Assembly (NCBI GenBank): GCA_037140315.1
Contig: JBAXES010000001.1
Span: forward strand, 1-42,076
From: Chloroflexales bacterium
GTDB lineage: Bacteria > Chloroflexota > Chloroflexia > Chloroflexales > Chloroflexaceae
Direction: 5' to 3'
DNA length: 42,076 nt
Part shown: positions 9,921 to 17,702 of the stretch, in pieces
How positions within the stretch are numbered: the first letter of the stretch is position 1
How the letters are laid out: each line of letters begins with the position of its first letter
The notes under the pieces: model-generated
What the model was told of the DNA's origin: nothing
Database searches by the model: none
Seen by the model: only the letters and a program-made list of their open reading frames with translations
Translations under genes and position numbers: made by a program

Positions 9921-12900
9921 ATGCCAAACATCGCGCATCCAGCAGTGATCATCGGCCTCGGCGGCACTGGCAAGTGGATCTTGACCTATATCAAAAAGAG
10001 TCTGCTCGATACCTATGGGGGGGTGATCCCGCCGACAGTTCAGCTGCTCTCCTTCGATACTACGAGCGAGCGACCGGCCAAAGATGGCGAGGCACAAGAG
10101 GAGGATGTCAAGGTCGGCGATGTCCAGCTCAACAGTAACGCTGAGTTTGTCTATCTTGGCGGCAATATTAAGCAGATCTGCCTCGATATTAGTAACAAGG
10201 GCGATTATCCCTACATTGGCTCCTGGCTGCAGGCCCGCGCTTATCTGCAATCGAATGATGATCGCGCCTTTGATATCTCGGGCGGTGCCGGCCAGAAGCG
10301 ACCCTTCGGGCGCATGTCGCTCTTTCTCGATCTACAGCAGAATACGCAGGCCAAGGTCTCCAACAAGATCGTGACTGCGATCAGCAATGTCATTGCGGCC
10401 AATAAGCAGCTGGAAACCGTCGAGATCTATGTTATCGCCTCGCTGGCCGGCGGTACTGGGGCCGGGACATTTCTCGATGTTGCCCATCTCGCTCGCTGGT
10501 ACGCGAACAAGCATCTTGTGACTGGGAAGTTCGCGATCCGCGGCTTCCTGGCCTTACAGAATACGTTTAACTCGGTCATCCAGGTCGGCAAAATCCAGCC
10601 GCAGGCATTTGCCGCCATGCGTGAGCTGGATCGCTTTATGTATGTCTTCAACCAGAGCTACCCGATTGTCTATAATCCCAATAACCCAGACTTAGATACG
10701 CGCTATGGCGGCCAAGGAAGTGACGGGCGGGATAGCGGCAAGCTCTTTGATAGCTGTTTTCTGCTCGATGCGAGCCGCGAAAAAGTATCACTCGATGGTG
10801 TGAAGCCCAAGCATGGCGTCTACCCCACCATCGCCGATGCGATCACGATGCTGCTAGATGGCTCGGTTGGCGATGCCTTTGTGCAACACTATGTGAATGT
10901 CGGGAATGATATTGCCCTCACGCAATCGCGCTTGGGCAAGCCGATCTATAGCAGCCTCGGTGCGTTTGCCCTCGTGCTGCCAGTCGAGGATATCATCTCG
11001 AGCCTGAGCTACCGCTTTGCCCGCGAGCTGCTTGCCGAGCATCTGCTCAACCTTGAGGAGGTGCCGAGCCAGGGTGGGCAGACCCGCTATGTGCTGCGCT
11101 ATGAGGGGAACGCCAGGGAAGAGGCGGCATCCTTTCTGCGTATGACCCAGAGCGCCAAGGGTGTCGCCAGCACGGCCTTCATCCAGCGCATCCCCGATAC
11201 GATTGATCGGCGCAACCCGCAGAACGACGCCTATATTAAAGAGGTAGCCTTTCTGAGCGCAGCTGAGCTGCTGGCCTGGATCATCCCTCCCGAGAGCGAT
11301 AGAACCGTTGAGGAGCTGGCCAAGCAGGTGCGCAGTGATCTTCAGATGGTACTCGCTACTCGAGTTAGCCCATCGAATATTGAACATGATGATCCAATCG
11401 AGGGCTGCGATCGCATCCTTAGCGCGGTGCGTACCTTTAAAGAGGAATACCTTGGGCTCGAGATCGGCGGACGCAAGGTTGGCGGGCGCTACCAGACGGC
11501 GCTGGAGAGCTGTCTGAAGGTTCATCGTGATCGCTATCGCCGCCTCCTCTGTGAGTATCTGCTCAACTTGCTGAATGGTTCAGCCCCCGAGAATCCCGAC
11601 TTCCAACACGAGAAGCGCGGTAAGCTTGGGCGTGCGCAAGCAGTGCTGAGCCACCTGGTTGTCTCCTACCACAACGAAGTTGCAGCCTTCATCGGGCGGG
11701 TTAAAGCTACGCGCGCCGAGAGCGGTGATCTGGCGCACGCTCAAGATGAGGCTTCCCTCGCACGTACTGAGATGGAGCTAAAGGCAGCAGGTGGATCGGG
11801 ATTCATGGGTATTGGGAAAGTTGTGAAAGACATGCATCCCGCGATCAAGGCCCAGAAAATCTACCTGGAGGCTGAGCAGGCACTGATCGATACCGAGATC
11901 AATGACCTCTTCTTCGATTTCATCCAGCAGACCATGCGCGCCCTTCAGACTGAGACCGAGTCATTCAAGGCGGCGATCGATGGCTGGGTCGATGCCCTCG
12001 CCCAGGGAATTACCGGCGAGGTAACCGACCCCGGCCTCTACCGTTACCTTGGCGACCTCAATACTCGCCATCAGAACGAGCGCAATGATAAGCAGACCAA
12101 CTTCAAGCTGGTGCGCGAGTATGTCACCGACCAGGCATACGAGCAGGCGGTCTACGAAGCGCAGACGGCAAGCAAGTTTGCCGAGGCCCTCGCTAGCATG
12201 GTCTGGACGGTTGAGGAGCAGGGCGGCAAGATCCAGGTGGGCCTGAGTAACTATGTCACAGCCAGCAGCGACCAGCGCAGCGGGCGCACGACGACCCAAC
12301 GCAATACAGACCAAGTGCTCAGCGTTGCACGCCGCTACTTCGAGCCACTACGTGACACACTGACGATCTCTGATCGGCTAGTGAAACGCTATGATCCGGC
12401 TCAGCTCGCGCGCCACCTGCGCGATAGCTGCGCCGCAATGATCCGCTTCGTCAGTAGCGAAAAAGCTGGCGGCGATGCGATTGAGACCTACTTCGTCTGC
12501 GTTAACCAGGGCAAGCACCAGACCTACTTCAATGAGTTTGGTGCAGCGCTGGGTAGCTTTGGCAGTGCGGCCTATCAGAATCAAGTGCTTCAGAGCGTCA
12601 ACCCATACACGTGTACCGTGCTGGCCACGACTGATCGCTTCACCAGCGAAGGGCTCTTTGCCTATGTCAGTGCGGAGCGTGAGTATAACCAGTACAGCGG
12701 CGACGCACGCCAGCTGCATATCTTCCCCGCCGAGGTCAACGCGGTGCATCTTGAACAGAAGCTCCGCACAATCAGTGAGTCCCGGCGGCGCTTCTCACTG
12801 CGGCTGACCGCGATGCTCGAAAACATCGAGCTTGTGCGCCGCTTCGTTCGCGCCTATCTCTATCGCGCTATTCGGCCTGATGCAGTGGACAACCGCATCA

Positions 12901-13646
12901 GCCGCTGGAATTTGCATATCAATACGTTGCGACGACGGACGAGCAATGTGATCGCGCTCTCACGCGCAGATAACTCCCTCGATCTGCTCGATGCGATGGA
13001 GACCTTCGTCTTCAAACGGGCCGACTATGATAACCCCACGATCACGATCGATATGGATCAGCTTGACCGCGATCTCGATGAGCGCGAGCAGCAGGCCAGC
13101 GGTGGTGACTCGAGCCGCCTGATCAACATGTTTGAGTACTTGATCGAGGAGGATATCGAGCCACTGCGACAAGACAAGAATCAGAACATGCGTGACCTCG
13201 GCTCGGTCATGCGCCTGCTGATCGACGAGCAGATCGAGAGCCTGAAGGAGCGGCTGAAGCATCGGGGACAGGCCTTTGATCCCAGCGCCAAGCCGCTAAT
13301 CAATGTGCGGGAGATCGCAGGCGATGCGCGTACCGCTCCGTCTGAGGAGCCGAAATCGTCCCCGGAAAAGCAGCCGGTCGAGGTGTCGGGGCCAACTGTT
13401 CCGGTTGAGACGGTGACGCCACCGACGCCACCGACGCTGCCCACCGACACACGGCTAGAGCGCCTGCGCGAGTTCTACGAGATGGTGCAGGAAGGTGATC
13501 TGACCGCCGACGGCTTCGTCAAGCGTGTTGGCAAGATGCTTGAAGGCGGCGACCTTGGCGGTCTGCAGGAGTTCTACGAGATGGTGCAAGAGGGCGACAT
13601 GACTGCCGATGGCTTTGTGCGGCGTGCCGCCCGCATATTGAAGTGA
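9921..13646 (+). CDS. Tubulin/FtsZ-like GTPase (Tubulin_2 / FtsZl1 type) with long helical C-terminal region
   Basis: VIIGLGGTG, LLSFDT, GAGQKRPFGR, SLAGGTGAGTFLD (10440-10466), AFAAMRELD; strong RBS GAGGAG. Confidence 0.92.
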   Translation: MPNIAHPAVIIGLGGTGKWILTYIKKSLLDTYGGVIPPTVQLLSFDTTSERPAKDGEAQEEDVKVGDVQLNSNAEFVYLGGNIKQICLDISNKGDYPYIGSWLQARAYLQSNDDRAFDISGGAGQKRPFGRMSLFLDLQQNTQAKVSNKIVTAISNVIAANKQLETVEIYVIASLAGGTGAGTFLDVAHLARWYANKHLVTGKFAIRGFLALQNTFNSVIQVGKIQPQAFAAMRELDRFMYVFNQSYPIVYNPNNPDLDTRYGGQGSDGRDSGKLFDSCFLLDASREKVSLDGVKPKHGVYPTIADAITMLLDGSVGDAFVQHYVNVGNDIALTQSRLGKPIYSSLGAFALVLPVEDIISSLSYRFARELLAEHLLNLEEVPSQGGQTRYVLRYEGNAREEAASFLRMTQSAKGVASTAFIQRIPDTIDRRNPQNDAYIKEVAFLSAAELLAWIIPPESDRTVEELAKQVRSDLQMVLATRVSPSNIEHDDPIEGCDRILSAVRTFKEEYLGLEIGGRKVGGRYQTALESCLKVHRDRYRRLLCEYLLNLLNGSAPENPDFQHEKRGKLGRAQAVLSHLVVSYHNEVAAFIGRVKATRAESGDLAHAQDEASLARTEMELKAAGGSGFMGIGKVVKDMHPAIKAQKIYLEAEQALIDTEINDLFFDFIQQTMRALQTETESFKAAIDGWVDALAQGITGEVTDPGLYRYLGDLNTRHQNERNDKQTNFKLVREYVTDQAYEQAVYEAQTASKFAEALASMVWTVEEQGGKIQVGLSNYVTASSDQRSGRTTTQRNTDQVLSVARRYFEPLRDTLTISDRLVKRYDPAQLARHLRDSCAAMIRFVSSEKAGGDAIETYFVCVNQGKHQTYFNEFGAALGSFGSAAYQNQVLQSVNPYTCTVLATTDRFTSEGLFAYVSAEREYNQYSGDARQLHIFPAEVNAVHLEQKLRTISESRRRFSLRLTAMLENIELVRRFVRAYLYRAIRPDAVDNRISRWNLHINTLRRRTSNVIALSRADNSLDLLDAMETFVFKRADYDNPTITIDMDQLDRDLDEREQQASGGDSSRLINMFEYLIEEDIEPLRQDKNQNMRDLGSVMRLLIDEQIESLKERLKHRGQAFDPSAKPLINVREIAGDARTAPSEEPKSSPEKQPVEVSGPTVPVETVTPPTPPTLPTDTRLERLREFYEMVQEGDLTADGFVKRVGKMLEGGDLGGLQEFYEMVQEGDMTADGFVRRAARILK
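13464..13640 (+). repeat. Two tandem SHOCT-like repeats at the C-terminus of the tubulin-like protein
   Basis: LREFYEMVQEGDLTADGFVKRVGKML and LQEFYEMVQEGDMTADGFVRRAARIL, 99 bp apart. Confidence 0.8.
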
Positions 13647-13663
13647 CCCCTTCGGTAGGTTTT

Positions 13664-13689
13664 GGGGCGCGACAGTATCGTTGCGCCCC
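13664..13689. repeat. Intergenic GC-rich hairpin (REP-like)
   Basis: GGGGCGCGAC-agtatc-GTTGCGCCCC, 10-bp stem with one G:U pair, just after the tubulin stop codon; no + strand U-tract. Confidence 0.6.
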
Positions 13690-13733
13690 GCCGACGGGCT
13701 GATGTAGCCTTCTTCTGCTGAGGCGAAAGATCT

Positions 13734-16700
13734 GTGATGCGCCAGCGTATCCATCAACTCAATACGCTTCTCGCTGTAGTCGCTGTCGCTAGTGTATTCG
13801 CATCTGCACCTGCTGCGCTGCATGCTCAAATTCCTGTCTGTCAGAGCCTCGATGTCATGCTTATCTTCGATACAACGAGTAGCATGGCCGACGAGATTGG
13901 TATTGCACAGTCATCAGTGCTTGATATGATCGGCACCATTCGCGCCGAACATAACGATGCGCGCTTTGGTGTTGGCTCATACCGCGACTACCCAAATCTC
14001 ACGGGTGGGGTTGGCGATTATCCGTGGCGGCTTGATCTGGCCCTAAGCGCTGATGCCAATCTCGTCAAACAGCGGATTGAAAGCCTCTCAGCTGAAGGCG
14101 GCGGTAGCTCAGATCGAGAGAGCATAGCGCGAGCACTTGATGAAGTGCGTGACCCCAGCACGATTGGCTGGCGCGATGGCTCCGCCCATGTGGTTGTGCT
14201 GATCGGCGATGTTGGTGCCCTGCCGCGCGACCCCGGTCGGGATGGGCAACTCGGCACTGCCGATGATCTGATTCTCAGTGACGTGCTGAATCGTCTTGTC
14301 ACTGACAAAATCATTGTCTACCCGATCGATTTTGAGGGCGGGGGAAACGACTTTGAGTTGATGGCAAGCACGACAGGCGGTCGCGTAACTAAACCCCGAT
14401 CAGCCAGTGATCTACCTCGCTTGATCCAATCCGCCGCGCTAGAGGGCTGCGCCGTTGCTGCGGCAACGGCGCAGCCCGTCTCTCCCCCTGTCTCTCCCCC
14501 TGTCTCTCCTCCTGTCCGATCAGAACCACCAGATTGGTGGCCTTGGCTATTACTTATCCCGCTGTTCCTCTTGCCCGTGCTCCTGCTTCTGTTTCTACGC
14601 AAGCGCAACCGTGATGCGATCAAGCGTGGTATGCCGCTCGGTGCACCGCTCGGCGCAGCCCCGGTCACGCCTGTCGTGCTTCCCCCACCCCCCAGCCACA
14701 ATGCTCTGCCGGTGGTAACACCCCAGCGCCCAGCCTATCGGTCGGCGCTGTTGATTGGGGTTGGTCGGGCAGGGCGCTGGGTGTTGACCCATGCTAAAGA
14801 GAGTCTGGGCGAGCAGTCAGGTGTTCGCCTGCTGGCAATTGATGACCAGCCGGCCGATCCGGCGCAAGACCCGCCGATCAGCGTGCTCGTCCCCGACCTC
14901 GAGCGTGGCAGTGTGGCGCTCAGCCTGAGCGAGAGTGCGCCAGACGAGATCCTCCGCTTTAGCGATGAGAGTCGCCGCTTCACGCAACTTTTCCGTGACG
15001 ACCCACAACAATATCCGCTGATCTGCGCTTGGCTCAATGCCCTCGATGGTTTCGACCTTTCGGCCCAAGCGCGCCTGCGCTTTCTCGCGGCCCTCGCGAG
15101 CGGCCCGCTTACGCACATACTCAACCAGCAGATAGAGGGTCTGGCCAAGTCTGATGGTAAGCAGATCTATCTTGTCGTCGATCTAAGTGAGCCGCTTGCC
15201 CTCGGCGCAACGATCGATCTGGCCTATGGACTGCGCTCTATCATCCGTAAGATGGGCAAACCCATCGCCCTCCACGCTGTAGTGGCCCTGCCCAGTGTCG
15301 ATACTCCAGATGGTCCAGCTGCCCACGCGCTTTGGCGCGCAATCGAGCGCACTCAACAGTTCTACGGGCGCGTGCCTGTAGATCCGCCCAGCTTTGATCT
15401 TAACCTGATCGGCGCGCCGCCTGCTGAGACTCTTGGTGATAGCCGCCTCTTTGATACATGTGCAATTGTTAGCTCCAACCGCGAGCGATCATCATTGATC
15501 GCGCTGCCCCCAGAGCATGGACTCTATCCGCTAATCGCAGATGCGATCATCAGCGAGCTGCTCGCCCCTGGCGCAAGCGCCATCGAGGAGCACCGGGCCA
15601 ATATCAGCGCGCGGATCAGCCTGGCGCAGCAACGATTCGGACGGCCCTTCTACCGCAGCATAGGTAGCTTTTGTTACGACCTAGCCCCGCACGCGCTCTA
15701 TCAACAGGCGGTCGATCAGTCACTGGTTGCTCTTGTCGGCGACCTCAATGCTGATGGTGCCACTGTTCGCCCCGATACGCTACTTAATCGGCTCGAACAA
15801 GCTAGTGGATCTCGCCTGTTTAGCGGACAATTGCCCGCTGCGCCGACTGCCATTGATCTTGTCGCTTTTGTCTATGCAGCTGTTGGTACAGCCAGCATCG
15901 CTCCCTATCTTGAGGATGCTTTTCCGCGAACAGTGCGTTATCAGATCCTAAATGGCAATGATGCGACAACCGTCGCTGGCACGCTCGATGCCCAGTGGTA
16001 TGGCCCCCAAGGTGAAGTAGTGGTCAAGATTGGCGAGCATGCTGAGCAGGCCGTGGCCAGCTTCCGTGAAACGCTACGTGGTGAGGTTGTCGCGATGCTC
16101 AATACACTAGGCGCGGCGAAGCTCACCGGCACGATCAGCTTTGTCCAGGGCCTTGTTGAAGAGATGGGCCGTCGTGCTAGCTTGCTTCAGCGGGCAGCTG
16201 ATCAGCTGCGTCTCCCATCGAGCGATGAGGAGTACGCCGTACACCAGGCGATTGGCGGCCAGCCTGGTTTCTTGCGCCGATTGTTTGGTCACATAACAGC
16301 TGCAGAACAAGATCAGGCCCTTGCTGAGCGACAAACCCAACTCACCCTCAAGGCCCAACAGAGCGCCGCCACAGCCGCCGCACGCGCCTTCGCCGCAATG
16401 CAACTATTTGCCGGCGACGTGGCGGCAAACCTCATCGCCTTCCAGCAGAGTCTGCTCGATGAGCAGTCTGTGGCTGCTAAACGACTTTCATCCGCGCGCG
16501 ACCGTCGTGTCCAACGGTTGGCCTATGGGCGCGTGCGCCATGAGTGGGGGATGCCACTGACCGATGTGAGCGAGTTACAGCACTACGCCGACCCGCAGCA
16601 GATCCTGCCGACCAACGAGACTAGTCGGCGGACAGTGCTTGAACTGCGTGCCTACCTCGATGGGCGACACATGGCGGAGCTCGCCCCTGCGGATGAGCCG

Positions 16701-17690
16701 CTAGCCGCCCATATATACTGGAATTGGCCCGCCGAACATCCGCCGAGCGCACTCCAGCCGGTCTTTCTTGATGGTACTCACCAGCGCCCATTTGCCACCC
16801 CTGCCCATTGGCGCACGATCTCTAATCAAGCTGCGCAGTGGGTGTGGAACCTGCGACTTGCGCCTCTGTTGAGCAAAAGCGTCGTGAACCCACAAGCCTT
16901 TGCTCGTACGCTAGATAGCGAACAGCTCGCCCCGGCTATTCGCTATATTCCGACGCCAACTGATCAGCGTGAGAGTCATAACTTCTTGCTCGTTGCGTCC
17001 GCGTCAATCGCTGCGGAGGTGCGCTGGTTTGATGCCGTGATCGAGGCCCAGCAACAAGCAGGGATCGCCCGCAGCTACCATCGCTGCATCGAGAACAGCA
17101 ACCCTTACCACGTGCGTGCGCTGACCATCGCTGAGCTGATTGCTCCGCTCGTCCTTGGGGCAATTGGCGATCTAGACCGCGTCGCCGCAGCATATCGGGC
17201 TAGCCAGGGGCGCTGGACACGCATTGCGCCTACGCTCAACGAGGCAATTGCTGCCCGCCTTGAGCGCGACCGACGCGCGATCCTCGATCTGCTCTGCCCA
17301 GAAGCGGTCAGCGCACTCAACGAGGAGCATCGTGTGCGCATCTTTGCCCAGGCCGTGCTCTGCGGCGTGATCGGCCCTGATCGGGATGCCGACCGCCTGA
17401 AGGTGACGGTACAACGTCCGCGCTATCACCTACTCGCTGACGTCCATCCTACCCTTGTCGAGCGCACCTGGCTCGAAGCCATGCGCAGATTCACGCTTGC
17501 CGATGCGGCGCTAGTGAAGTCCGTGCAGGCGGTTGTAGATCGTGAGTTCAAGGCACTGACTCCCGACCACTATGATCATTGGCTAGATAAAGGACTCCCT
17601 TCGCAGCTACGCGCAGTTGCAGATCCAGCGACTCGCGATCTTGTCGGACTGTGGCAGGCGGCACTCGAACCGCTCTTTGATACGCTCTAA
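13734..17690 (+). CDS. Signal peptide + VWA + TM + degenerate tubulin-like paralog
   Basis: VWA: IFDTTSSM, YRD, GGG..E, VLIGD. TM WWPWLLLIPLFLLPVLLLLFL. Then LLIGVGRAGRWVL, LFDTC, HGLYPLIADAI colinear with 9921..13646; GTP loop replaced by DLSEPLALG. Confidence 0.88.
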   Translation: MMRQRIHQLNTLLAVVAVASVFASAPAALHAQIPVCQSLDVMLIFDTTSSMADEIGIAQSSVLDMIGTIRAEHNDARFGVGSYRDYPNLTGGVGDYPWRLDLALSADANLVKQRIESLSAEGGGSSDRESIARALDEVRDPSTIGWRDGSAHVVVLIGDVGALPRDPGRDGQLGTADDLILSDVLNRLVTDKIIVYPIDFEGGGNDFELMASTTGGRVTKPRSASDLPRLIQSAALEGCAVAAATAQPVSPPVSPPVSPPVRSEPPDWWPWLLLIPLFLLPVLLLLFLRKRNRDAIKRGMPLGAPLGAAPVTPVVLPPPPSHNALPVVTPQRPAYRSALLIGVGRAGRWVLTHAKESLGEQSGVRLLAIDDQPADPAQDPPISVLVPDLERGSVALSLSESAPDEILRFSDESRRFTQLFRDDPQQYPLICAWLNALDGFDLSAQARLRFLAALASGPLTHILNQQIEGLAKSDGKQIYLVVDLSEPLALGATIDLAYGLRSIIRKMGKPIALHAVVALPSVDTPDGPAAHALWRAIERTQQFYGRVPVDPPSFDLNLIGAPPAETLGDSRLFDTCAIVSSNRERSSLIALPPEHGLYPLIADAIISELLAPGASAIEEHRANISARISLAQQRFGRPFYRSIGSFCYDLAPHALYQQAVDQSLVALVGDLNADGATVRPDTLLNRLEQASGSRLFSGQLPAAPTAIDLVAFVYAAVGTASIAPYLEDAFPRTVRYQILNGNDATTVAGTLDAQWYGPQGEVVVKIGEHAEQAVASFRETLRGEVVAMLNTLGAAKLTGTISFVQGLVEEMGRRASLLQRAADQLRLPSSDEEYAVHQAIGGQPGFLRRLFGHITAAEQDQALAERQTQLTLKAQQSAATAAARAFAAMQLFAGDVAANLIAFQQSLLDEQSVAAKRLSSARDRRVQRLAYGRVRHEWGMPLTDVSELQHYADPQQILPTNETSRRTVLELRAYLDGRHMAELAPADEPLAAHIYWNWPAEHPPSALQPVFLDGTHQRPFATPAHWRTISNQAAQWVWNLRLAPLLSKSVVNPQAFARTLDSEQLAPAIRYIPTPTDQRESHNFLLVASASIAAEVRWFDAVIEAQQQAGIARSYHRCIENSNPYHVRALTIAELIAPLVLGAIGDLDRVAAAYRASQGRWTRIAPTLNEAIAARLERDRRAILDLLCPEAVSALNEEHRVRIFAQAVLCGVIGPDRDADRLKVTVQRPRYHLLADVHPTLVERTWLEAMRRFTLADAALVKSVQAVVDREFKALTPDHYDHWLDKGLPSQLRAVADPATRDLVGLWQAALEPLFDTL
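14475..14516 (+). repeat. 12-bp tandem repeat encoding a (PVSP)n linker
   Basis: cc(c/t)gtctctccc x3.5 between the VWA domain and the TM helix. Confidence 0.85.
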
Positions 17691-17702
17691 CGAGGTTTGA
17701 CT

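Noticed and set aside
9921-13646. Calling this gene ftsZ or tubZ
   Set aside because: 1241 aa, Tubulin_2-type motifs, and no dcw cluster or tubR/tubC context.
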